Below are positions 55,243 through 64,000 of a DNA stretch of 64,000 nucleotides, piece by piece (within the stretch, counting starts at the first letter, position 1; every line of letters begins with the position of its first letter). Source of the DNA: an uncultured Verrucomicrobiae bacterium (lineage in GTDB: Bacteria; Verrucomicrobiota; Verrucomicrobiia; Limisphaerales; Palsa-1400); contig CAVPOM010000006.1 in NCBI GenBank assembly GCA_963707025.1, positions 64,001-128,000 on the forward strand. Direction: 5' to 3'. Under the pieces are notes generated by a model, which saw nothing but the letters and a program-made list of their open reading frames with translations, searched no databases and had not been told where the DNA came from. A program made the translations under genes and the position numbers.

Positions 55243-57714
55243 TTATTTTTTGGATTTGGCCTTGAGGATCAGGCGGAGGGCGGCGATGCGCGCCTCCGAA
55301 CCAGTGAAGAGGTTGTCAGGGTATTTGCGGTACGCCAGGAAACTGTCGGAAATCATGGTGGCTTGAGTGAGGTCGGCCGCCAGGCCGGCCAGGTACTGCA
55401 AACGCAGGTTGCGGTCGCTGTTGATCTGGGCGTCGGCCAGCCAGGGCTGCAGGTCGGAGGCCTGCCCGCCATAAGTGGCGAGCAAAACGAAAATGGACCC
55501 AAAGCCCACATCCTTGAGCGATTGGGCCGCGGCGGTCTCGCCCTGCCACCTGGCCTGCAGTTGGTCCAGGTTGATCGTGAGGGGTTCCTCCGTGCCCAGG
55601 ACGACGGTGTCGTAACCGGCGCCGTTGTCGTCGTTGTTCCAGATGGTGCCGTTGGGAAAAACGTCGAAGAAAGTGGCCATTTCGCTTTTGACGGCGTCGA
55701 GGTCGCTTTCGTAGAGGGGCACCCATTGCGTGACGATGCCGCCGGGATTGAGGCGCTGCCAGGCAGATCTGGAAATAATCGCGGGTGTAGAGAGTCGCGG
55801 CGCCTTTGACCCAGGGATGGATCGGGTCGGAGGTGATGATGTCGAATTTGTCATGGCTGGTGAGGACAAAATGGCGGGCGTCGTCGAAGAAGATTTTCAC
55901 GCGGGAGTCGTGGACCACGCCGTAATTTTCCTTGGTGAAGTAAGGGGCGATTTTTTTGGGGATCAAGGGTTCGATTTCACAGATGGTGACGTTGGTCACC
56001 TCGGGATAAGTCAGGAAAGAGCCGGCGGTGACGCCCGCGCCGCAACCGACCACCAGAATGGAGCGGGGGCGGCGATGCAATAACGCGGGCAAGTGGCCGA
56101 GCATGCGTTGCAGGCGCATGTCCTGCGGCTCGGTGGAGGCTTCGATTTTGCCGCTGATGTGGAAATTGAGGACGTCGTTATCCGATCGGGTGACGGCGAT
56201 GGAGGCGTTCAGGCCCTCGCCCATATAGATGAGAGTGCTGTCGTTGCCATTCTTGGCCATGTAGCGGCCGTTGGCCACGAGTCGCCAGGGAACCGGCGGC
56301 ACCGACGCGACGAAAAAACCGGCCAAGCCGGCCGCGAGCACCATTGAGACGACGGCGGCGGCGATGGCGGAGGTGCAGGATTTGCCGGCAGTCGCGCCGG
56401 GCGGCCGCCGCCAGAAAGAGGCAACCAGCAGGACAAGCCCGGAGGCGGCGGAGAGGCCGATGAGCAGCCGCTGGGTGTCCTGCGTGCCGATCCAGGCAAT
56501 CAGGAGAAGGCTGGCGGCGAGCGCGCCAACAATCGCGCCGAGGGTGTTGGCGGCATAGACTTTCCCGCCGATCGTCCGGGATCAAAACCAAGGGCCGAGA
56601 CGGCTGCCAGGGCCAGGGGAAAACTGGCGCCCCAAAGAATGGTGGCGGGGAGCAAAGCCCACAAACAACGGACCAAATCGAGTTGGAAGATGTACCAAGG
56701 ACTGGCGGCGGCCAGTTCCGGATTGACCGGCCAATAAGGCAGGGAGGCGGTCAGCATCCAAGCGGCCCAGGCCATGGCCGCCGCCAGCAACACTTGGCAC
56801 CAGCCCAGCGCGATTTCCGGCCGCGCGCGGCTGCGGGCCAAAAAAGACCCGGCCATGCTGCCCAGGCCAAGCCCGGCCAGAAATACCGCCAGGATGATGG
56901 AAAACGTATAGACCGTCGCCCCGAGCAGCAACGAGAGCAAGCGGGTCCAGATCACTTCGGCGGCCAGGGCGCACAATCCGGACAAGGCGATGGCCAGGCA
57001 AATCAATTTTGAACCGGCAACGGCCGCCGGCGGGCTGGCTTTTTCCGCCTTGGCCGGAGGGCGGTGCGGGGTGAGAAAGGCCAGGAGGAAGGCGGACAAA
57101 GCCACCGTGATGTTGATGGCGGCGGCGGCGAAGGTGGCCGTCGCCATGTCGTAAACGCGCAGGAGGTAGAATCCGGCCAGCAGGCAACCCAGGACGGCTC
57201 CGGCGGTGTTGCCGCCGTAGAAAAGACCGAGCCAGGACATGCCTTGGGCGGTGGATTCCACCCAACGGGAAATGGCAGGCAGGGTGGCGCCCATCAAGAA
57301 AGTGGGCGGCAGCAAACAAACCGAGGCGACGACTCCACGCAAGAGGATGCCGGTCAAGCCCTGGACGGCGTGCGGGGCGTAAAGGCGTCCCACGGTGGGC
57401 ACGGCGAACAGGACCGTCACACCCAGGATGGCCAGGCCCGACTCCAGCAAGGCATAGACGCGCAAGGGATGGCAGCGTTGGGGAATCAGGCGCGCCAGAG
57501 CCAGACTGCCCAGGCACATGCCGCCCATAAAAGTGCCGAGCAACAAACCCAGGGAAACGGCGGACGAGCCGATGACGAGCTGGAGCAACTGCAGCCAGAC
57601 GATCTCGTAGATCAAGGCCGCGCAACCGCTGCCGACAAACAGGAGCACCAGCACCGGCAAAAAGCGGGGCGGGGCGGCAGGCCCAGGCGACGGGTTGGTT
57701 TGGGGTGGCGTCAT
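55243..57714 (-). CDS. Fused MFS-like membrane domain / spermidine-synthase-like SAM-dependent transferase; two frameshifts (~56562, ~55760)
   Basis: SGCAALIYEIVW, PTFLMGATLP, VYAANTLG, LVVGCGAGVT, CEIEP, DDARHF, ITSDPIHPW, LNPGGIVTQW spread over three frames. Confidence 0.85.
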
Positions 57715-57731
57715 CAGCGCTTGGGGGATTG

Positions 57732-57777
57732 AAAAAATTTCGCCGCGCCGAAGGCCGGGGTGCCTCAGCGCGGCGAA
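57732..57777 (-). terminator. Intrinsic terminator after the cytochrome c gene
   Basis: Stem ttcgccgcgc/gcgcggcgaa followed by ATTTTTT on the minus strand. Confidence 0.65.
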
Positions 57778-57796
57778 TGAATTCTCAGCCCGGCAA

Positions 57797-58321
57797 TTAT
57801 TTCGCGCCTTGATCAATCCAGGCGCGAATCAGGCCGATTTGATCGGGCGTCAGTTCTTTGTGAACGGGGCCGCCCCGGCCGCCGGGACCGCCGGGGCCTG
57901 GCGGTGGTGGGGTTGGCCCACCCGCAGGCGGGGCGTTGGTTCCACCGGGGCCGCGGGGACCGCCGCGCGGGCCGCGCGGCGGCGGAGGCATCGGATGCTC
58001 GGGGCCGGCCTCCCAACAGATGTTGATGACCAGGTCGCTCTTGTCACTTTTGCCGGGGACGATCACGTCGCTGTTATCCCGGCTTCCTTTGAGGGCGGCG
58101 GCCAGACTGTCGAGGCGGAGGTTATTTTTGTGGACTTTTTCCGCGTGGCAATCGAAGCAGTTGGCCTGGAAGATGGGTTGAATGTCCTTGGCGTAGGTGA
58201 GGCCTTTTCGGGTGGAGGGCGGAGGCAGCTTGGTGAGGTCAACGGCCAGGACCGTGGTGGCCACTGCCAGAGCCGCGATCACGGCGAGCCGGACTGCGGC
58301 GGTAATATTCTTATGAGTCAT
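57797..58321 (-). CDS. Planctomycete-type monoheme cytochrome c with a Pro/Gly-rich insert
   Basis: Signal peptide, YAKDIQPIFQANCFDCH, LRLDS, IVPGKS, MPP...LIRAWIDQGAK. Start may be 58327 or 58336. Confidence 0.85.
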   Translation of the reverse strand: MTHKNITAAVRLAVIAALAVATTVLAVDLTKLPPPSTRKGLTYAKDIQPIFQANCFDCHAEKVHKNNLRLDSLAAALKGSRDNSDVIVPGKSDKSDLVINICWEAGPEHPMPPPPRGPRGGPRGPGGTNAPPAGGPTPPPPGPGGPGGRGGPVHKELTPDQIGLIRAWIDQGAK

Positions 58322-58353
58322 GATCATTTGTCGCATTGAGATGTTTGGCCCTC

Positions 58354-58381
58354 AGACGGCGACAGCGTTACCCGGGTTACA
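58354..58381 (-). promoter_or_regulatory. Possible ECF-sigma promoter for the cytochrome c gene
   Basis: TGTAAC-N17-CGTCT. Confidence 0.35.
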
Positions 58382-58637
58382 CTGGCCGCCATAAATGGCA
58401 TTGGGGGGTGAACTTGGCACAAAAGCGGATGGAAAAGCAAGCGGAATTTGCGGAATCCCTATTAAGCATTAGGATTAAGATTAGGAGTAGGAAGGCAACG
58501 GTCTCCCCCGCGGCCTGGGTGCCGGAAGGGCTGGTGCGTCCATTACTTGGACAGGTTGGAGGGGGAACCACTTTATATGGTGGTTTTCCCTTTACATTGG
58601 GTTGGGGATTTGGTTTACTGACGCAAGCGATTAATTT

Positions 58638-61600
58638 ATGTACTTAAAGAACTTAACCGTTTTGGGGTTTAAATCGTTCGCCGAAAAAACGTCGCTGAGT
58701 TTTCAGCCGGGGGTCACGGCCATCGTCGGACCCAATGGCTGCGGCAAATCCAATGTGTCCGACGCCGTGCGGTGGGTGCTGGGCGAACAGTCGGCCAGGG
58801 CGCTGCGCGGCGGGGAAATGGCGGATGTGATTTTCAACGGCAGCGATTCACGCAAACCGTTGAGCATGGCGGAGGTGTCGCTCACGATTGGCGGGGTGGA
58901 TGAGGAACATCTGTCGGCCGCGGGGGTGGAGATCGCTTACAACGAGGTGACGCTGACGCGGCGGGTTTTCCGGGACGGAGCCAGCGAGTATTATCTGAAC
59001 AAGACGCCCTGCCGGCTCAAGGACATCCAGCAGTTGTTCATGGGGACGGGGGTGGGCCGGACCAGTTACAGCATCATGGCGCAGGGAAATATCACGCAAA
59101 TTCTGTCCAGCAAACCGGAGGAGCGGCGGGTGATTTTTGAGGAGGCGGCGGGCATCACGAAATACAAGTCGCAGAAGAAGGAGGCGTTGCGCAAGCTGGA
59201 GGCCACCGAACAGAATCTGTTGCGGGTGGCGGATTTGATACGCGAGGTCAAACGGCAGATCGGCTCGCTGCAACGCCAGGCGGGCAAGGCCCGGCGCTAC
59301 AAACAACTCATGCTGGAATTGCAGCATTTGGACACCCAACTGGCGCGGCATCAGTTTGATTTGTTGCAGGTGGAAATCCAGGCCCGCCAGGCGCAGTCGG
59401 AAAAAGCGCGGGCGGAAGCGGAAAGCATGGCGGAGAAGGTGATGAGCCGGGAGGCGGAAATCGGACGGCGCCGCGAGCAACTCTCGGCCAGGGAACAGGC
59501 GATCAGCCAGGCGCAGCAGCACGGGATGGAACTCAAGGGCGAAATGGACCGGCACGAGCACCGCATCCAGTTCAACGAGGACCGGAGGAAGGACTGGCAG
59601 GGGCAAAACGCGCGGGCGACCAGCGACATCGCGCAGGCGGAGGAACGGCGGCTGGTGGCGGCGGAGGAGTTGGCCCAGGCGGGCGGCCGGCTGGCCGCTT
59701 CGACGGCGGCGGTGCAGGCGCATCAACAGGCCATGCAGGCCAAAGGCGAGGCCTTGCAGGCGGTGGAAAACCAGTTGCGCGGCGCGCAGGAGGCCGTGCG
59801 CCAGGCGCAGACGGAGTCCTTTTCCGCGGCGCAGCAATTGAGCCGGGCGCGCAACGAAATCGTCGCGCTGGATCTGCAACAAGAGGGCAACGCGGCGCGG
59901 CTGGAAAAGCTCTCGGCGGAGAAGGCGCAGTTGGAGGAGGAGCGGGCGGGGCTGGCGGCGCGGCTGCGGCAATTCTCGGCGAGCGTGGAAGCGGAGATTT
60001 TAAACGCGCAGGCCCATCGCGGCACGCTGGAGGAGCGGCAGGAGCGTTTGCGCGCGATTCAAGAGGAACTGGGCCGGGCGACGCAGGAGACCGAGGAATG
60101 GCTGCGCCAGCAGGCGGAGAACCGTTCGCGGCTCCATCTGCTCGAACAGTTGGACGCGGAGCGGGAAGGATTCGGGGCGGGGGCGCTCTCGGCCTTGAAG
60201 AACGCCGGGCAGGAGCTGGGGGTGCTGGCCGACGGGATGCGGGCGCCGGAACCGCATGTGGCGGCGGTGGAGGCGGCGCTGGGGCGCCATTTGCAATTAG
60301 TGTTGACGGGGAGCGGGGAGTCGGCCCGGCAAATTCTCGACGGCCTGCGCGCCCACAAATCGGGCCGGGCCAGCGTGGCCGCGCTGGATTGGCAAAACGG
60401 GCACGGCGGCACGGCGGCGGCGGTTCCGGCCGGCATGATCCCGGTTCTCAGCGTGGTGGAGGCGGAGGAGGCGGTGCGGCCGCTGCTGCAGAATCTGCTG
60501 GGGCGCACCGTCATCGCGCCCGATTTGGCGGCGGCCGGGGCGGCGTGGCGGGAGTGCGGGGGCGCGTTTGATTTTGTCACGCCGGCGGGCGAGTTGCTGG
60601 ACCGGCATGGGATCTTCACGGGCGGCTGCGCCAACGGGAACGGAGCGGGCAAGGCGCCGGCTTCGATTCTGGGGCGGAAAAACGAGATGGCGGAATTGCG
60701 CAAGGCGGCGGCGGGGTTGCAGGAGAAGGTGGGCCAGGCCAGCCGGCGCAAAGGTGCGCTGCTGAGCGAACAGACGCAGTTGCAGGCCGGATTGCATCAG
60801 GCCCAGACGGAATTGCGCACGCAGGAAGTGGCCATCGCCACGCGGCAGGGGGAATACAAGGCGCTGCAGAATTCCGCGCGCGTGCTGGAACAGAAGATTG
60901 AGACGGTCGTCTATGAGATCGGCAGCCTGGCCGCGCAAGAGAAGGAAGGGGCGGGGCAGAGGCAGACCCTGGCCGCCCAGGCCGCGGCGCTGGAAGGACG
61001 CGAGCAGCAGGCCCAGGCGGGCTTGTCAGAATGGACGGCCGCGCTGGAAAATCTGCGCCAGCAGCGGGAGGCGGCCAACGCGCTGTTGACGGAAACGAAA
61101 GTGGCGCTGGCCACGGAGGAGCAGTTGTGCGCGTCCTTCGCCAACCAGAAAAGGCCGCTGGAAGAGCGCCTGGTGGAGCTGGGGAATTTGGTGGAACAGC
61201 GGCGGCGCGAGATTCAATCCTTCCTGGAGCGCAACCGCCAGGCGGAGGCGGAGATTGCCGAATCGCGGCAGAAGATCGAGGCGGTGCGGGGCCAGCGCGA
61301 GGAGGTCAACGGGCGGATCGCGCAACTGCTGGAGGAAAAAAGGGCGGAAGAGGAGGAAATCGCCGGCGCGGACGAGGCCTTGCGGGGGCAGCGGCATTTG
61401 TTGACAGAAATGCAGGAGCAGCGCGGCGCCCTGGAGGTGGAACTGGCCCAAAAAAACATGGCGGCGCAAAATTTGCGCGAACGCGCGCGCGAAAAGTACC
61501 AGGTCAACCTGGACGACATCCGCAGCGAGTGCATCACCATCACGCTGGCGGAGGAAGGCCCGCCCAAAGTCCAGACGCTGACGCCGGAGGAAATGGCGGC

Positions 61601-62411
61601 GCACGGGGTGGCGACGGACTGGGAGGCGGTGGCCGGGCAGGTGGCGGCGCTGCAAAGGCGGATTGAGGAAATCGGGCCGGTCAACCTGGTGGCGATTGAG
61701 GAGTACGAGGAAACCGAACAGCGCCACCAGTTTTTGACGGCGCAAAACGACGATTTAACCCAGGCCAAAACGCAGTTGCTGGAGGTGATCCACCGCATCA
61801 ACACGCAGACGCGCCAGATGTTCCTGGAGACCTTCGAGAAAATCCGCGACAACTTCCGCGCCATGTTTGTGGAAGTTTTTGGCGGGGGCACGGCGGACCT
61901 GATTCTGGTGGACGAGGCGGACGTATTGGAATGCGGCATTGAAATTGTGGCGCGGCCGCCGGGCAAACAGTTGCAGAGCATTTCGCTGCTTTCCGGCGGC
62001 GAACAGACCATGGCGGCGGTGGCGCTGCTGTTTTCCATTTACCAGGTCAAGCCCAGCCCGTTTTGCGTGCTGGACGAATTGGACGCGCCGCTGGACGAGC
62101 CGAACATCAACCGTTTCATCCGGGTGTTGCAGCGCTTTCTGGTGCATTCGCAGTTCATCATCATCACCCACAGCAAGCGGACCATCGCCATGGCGGACGT
62201 GCTCTACGGAGTGACCATGCAGGAACAGGGCGTGAGCAAGATCGTGAGCGTGAAGTTCCACAAAGCCGACGAGGCCGCCGGCGAGCAAAAACTCCAGCCG
62301 CTGGAAGCGTCCGAACCCGGGAACGGGAACGGGAACGGCGCGCCCGCCGGGGCGGAGGCGGACAAGCCGGAGGCGCGCGAGGAGGCCAATGAGGTGGTGA
62401 TGGCGAAGTAA
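58638..62411 (+). CDS. smc: Chromosome segregation protein SMC
   Basis: GFKSF, GPNGCGKSN, coiled coils, hinge, LSGGEQ, LDELDAPLD. Confidence 0.98.
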   Translation: MYLKNLTVLGFKSFAEKTSLSFQPGVTAIVGPNGCGKSNVSDAVRWVLGEQSARALRGGEMADVIFNGSDSRKPLSMAEVSLTIGGVDEEHLSAAGVEIAYNEVTLTRRVFRDGASEYYLNKTPCRLKDIQQLFMGTGVGRTSYSIMAQGNITQILSSKPEERRVIFEEAAGITKYKSQKKEALRKLEATEQNLLRVADLIREVKRQIGSLQRQAGKARRYKQLMLELQHLDTQLARHQFDLLQVEIQARQAQSEKARAEAESMAEKVMSREAEIGRRREQLSAREQAISQAQQHGMELKGEMDRHEHRIQFNEDRRKDWQGQNARATSDIAQAEERRLVAAEELAQAGGRLAASTAAVQAHQQAMQAKGEALQAVENQLRGAQEAVRQAQTESFSAAQQLSRARNEIVALDLQQEGNAARLEKLSAEKAQLEEERAGLAARLRQFSASVEAEILNAQAHRGTLEERQERLRAIQEELGRATQETEEWLRQQAENRSRLHLLEQLDAEREGFGAGALSALKNAGQELGVLADGMRAPEPHVAAVEAALGRHLQLVLTGSGESARQILDGLRAHKSGRASVAALDWQNGHGGTAAAVPAGMIPVLSVVEAEEAVRPLLQNLLGRTVIAPDLAAAGAAWRECGGAFDFVTPAGELLDRHGIFTGGCANGNGAGKAPASILGRKNEMAELRKAAAGLQEKVGQASRRKGALLSEQTQLQAGLHQAQTELRTQEVAIATRQGEYKALQNSARVLEQKIETVVYEIGSLAAQEKEGAGQRQTLAAQAAALEGREQQAQAGLSEWTAALENLRQQREAANALLTETKVALATEEQLCASFANQKRPLEERLVELGNLVEQRRREIQSFLERNRQAEAEIAESRQKIEAVRGQREEVNGRIAQLLEEKRAEEEEIAGADEALRGQRHLLTEMQEQRGALEVELAQKNMAAQNLRERAREKYQVNLDDIRSECITITLAEEGPPKVQTLTPEEMAAHGVATDWEAVAGQVAALQRRIEEIGPVNLVAIEEYEETEQRHQFLTAQNDDLTQAKTQLLEVIHRINTQTRQMFLETFEKIRDNFRAMFVEVFGGGTADLILVDEADVLECGIEIVARPPGKQLQSISLLSGGEQTMAAVALLFSIYQVKPSPFCVLDELDAPLDEPNINRFIRVLQRFLVHSQFIIITHSKRTIAMADVLYGVTMQEQGVSKIVSVKFHKADEAAGEQKLQPLEASEPGNGNGNGAPAGAEADKPEAREEANEVVMAK

Positions 62412-62448
62412 GGGGCGAGGCTGGGACATATTCCGAAGGCAGGCCAAG

Positions 62449-62874
62449 TTAATCCGCTTCTGCGATCTGCCCGGTTGGAGGCGGTGGAAGAAGCGGCGCA
62501 ACAGCCAGTTTCAGCCCGTGTGGCACAAAGACCTTGAAATCTTCTTGATTGACGGTTGCAGCTTCTGCTTGCGCCAACATCGCCGTTGCCGCAATGAGGC
62601 AGTCAAGCCGCGATCCGCGCCGCCGTCCGGTCTTGTTGAATAATTCCGCCGCCAATACCGCTTCCGGTTTGGCGAAGGGGATTATTCTCGACTGCAAAAC
62701 CGCTTCTGCCCTGGTAATTTCGAGAGGCGTCGCTGGACCGCTGAGGAATTCCGTCCATGCGATGGCGCTTGCGGCCAGAATTTGTCCGGCCGCAAGCCAA
62801 GCGTCCACATCCGATGCCTGGGGAGAACCCTTTACCAGCAGCCCTATCAGGTAATTCGTATCGAGATGAATCAT
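62449..62874 (-). CDS. vapC: VapC/PIN-domain toxin
   Basis: IHLDTNYLI, WTEFLSG, DCLIAA, TVNQEDF. Confidence 0.85.
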   Translation of the reverse strand: MIHLDTNYLIGLLVKGSPQASDVDAWLAAGQILAASAIAWTEFLSGPATPLEITRAEAVLQSRIIPFAKPEAVLAAELFNKTGRRRGSRLDCLIAATAMLAQAEAATVNQEDFKVFVPHGLKLAVAPLLPPPPTGQIAEAD

Positions 62875-63146
62875 GCCGGATGCCGGTCATCCGCCGCCAA
62901 CCGTTCCTCACGCACTTGGTTCAGATACCGTTCGGCTTGCACGGATGTCAGCCTTCCTTCCTCCTGCAGACGCCGCAACGCCTCGCGTGGCGTTGACTGC
63001 TCCGCGGCGGCGGGTTGGGCTGGGTTGGCCGGGCGCAACTCAACAACTCCATTGCCCTTGCGGATTTGGATTTGCTCCCCGGCCAGCGCCAGGTCCACTA
63101 ACCTGCCCAAGCCGGGTGTGGCTTCTTCAACCGTCAACGTTTTCAT
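62871..63146 (-). CDS. Phd/YefM-like antitoxin
   Basis: MKTLTVEEATPGLGRLVDLALAGEQIQI; ATGA overlap with the toxin. Confidence 0.8.
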   Translation of the reverse strand: MKTLTVEEATPGLGRLVDLALAGEQIQIRKGNGVVELRPANPAQPAAAEQSTPREALRRLQEEGRLTSVQAERYLNQVREERLAADDRHPA

Positions 63147-63153
63147 GCAAGGA

Positions 63154-63182
63154 AGCTTACGTCAAACACGGGTGTTCGACAA
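63154..63182 (-). promoter_or_regulatory. TA promoter TTGTCG-N17-TAAGCT with a palindromic operator
   Basis: gtcaaacac-gg-gtgttcgac (63161-63180) overlaps the spacer; ATG is 7 nt after the -10 box. Confidence 0.6.
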
Positions 63183-63348
63183 GACCACACTGTCAGGGTT
63201 GATTCCAGCTTCCCGGCTGTATGCGCCCATGGGGGCGAATTCCATGCTCCTTGTGTCCACCGGCCGGAGCCGGCTGAACGCTCGCATCTTTTGCGAAACT
63301 TCGCCCCCAGCATCGCGCGTCTATATCTGTGTTCTCAAGAGAAAACCA

Positions 63349-63714
63349 GGTATTTCACCGAAACTTTTGAGAGTGGTGCAGTTGGGACTCGAAGCCCATG
63401 CGGTCGAAGTTCGGTCGCTGTTCGGCGGCACCGGCATTGCCGGCATGGGCGGCGGCAGCACCACCGCGGCTCACTACTGCCAAATTGAGGTGATTCAAGG
63501 TTTTCTTCCCAACGTGCCGCATGAAGCGGAGGACGCTTTGCAGAAGGCGCTGGATAACCACGCGGTGCCAGCCGAGATCAACGCCGCCGTGGCCAGGGTG
63601 CGGGCGGCGCGCCAACAGAAACAAGCGGAGATGACCAAAGCCCAGTCCGATCTCCGCCCTGTGCTGACGCCAAAGCAGGCAGCGGTTTTGGTGGCGCGGG
63701 GCATGCTCGATTAG
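63349..63714 (+). pseudogene. 3' remnant of a helical periplasmic-type protein gene
   Basis: ISPKLLRVVQL...EAEDALQKALD...ARVRAARQQKQAEMTKAQSDLRPVLTPKQAAVLVARGMLD; no convincing start or signal peptide. Confidence 0.5.
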
Positions 63715-64000
63715 CTGGCCATCGCCCGGCCCGCAATCCAGCCTGTCGTCCAGGCGGCCTGGAAATTGAAGCCGCCGGTCAGGCCGTCAATGTCAAGCAG
63801 TTCGCCGGCGAAGTGGAGGCCGGGGGAGACGCGGCTTTCCATGGTTTTGAAATCCACCTGGTTGAGCCGCACCCCGCCGCAGGTGACGAATTCGTCCTTG
63901 TTCAGGCTCTGCCCGGTCACCGGCAGTTCGGTGCGGATGAGCTGCTGCACCAGGGCGTGCCCGGCGGCGCGGGACAAGCCGGACCAGCGCGTGTCCGGCG
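63711..64000 (-). CDS. HI0933/BaiN (YhiN)-family flavoprotein, C-terminal part (5' end beyond window)
   Basis: FVTCGGV..VDFKTMES..PGLHFAGELLDIDGLTGGFNFQAAWTTG. Confidence 0.9.
   Translation of the reverse strand, partial: PDTRWSGLSRAAGHALVQQLIRTELPVTGQSLNKDEFVTCGGVRLNQVDFKTMESRVSPGLHFAGELLDIDGLTGGFNFQAAWTTGWIAGRAMAS

Noticed and set aside
62782..63348. 5' part of the 310-aa ORF 62782..63714
   Set aside because: Overlaps the antitoxin and toxin antisense and looks non-coding; only the 3' part is protein-like.

Overview
GC-rich bacterial chromosomal window, most likely Verrucomicrobiota of the Pedosphaera/subdivision-3 type. This is inferred from the prepilin H-X9-DG proteins, the C-terminal 'STN/STD..W..F(Y/F/I)R' domains and a planctomycete-type cytochrome c. 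The left 23.4 kb holds a hydroxyproline catabolic operon with a PAS-AraC regulator. Divergent from it are a 1936-aa secreted LamG/FN3/autotransporter-repeat protein, two pseudopilins, GH51, a discoidin module, a DPP-IV-like S9 peptidase and a DUF5695-like enzyme, followed by a convergent GH27. Together these read as a candidate utilisation system for hydroxyproline-rich glycoproteins (extensin/AGP). The rest mixes housekeeping genes (clpP, clpX, leuB, dapL, metH, smc) with accessory DNA: a duplication-born gene with two ClpX zinc-binding domains and a ClpP tail between clpP and clpX, a REP-flanked RAYT whose catalytic Tyr appears replaced by Ser, four TA pairs, a tandem pseudopilin cassette array, an orphan FlhF-like GTPase, an internally deleted IS1380 and many small dispersed repeats. 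About eight frameshifts in five genes may be sequencing errors. No rRNA, tRNA or CRISPR array was seen. All family assignments come from motif recognition by eye, not database searches.
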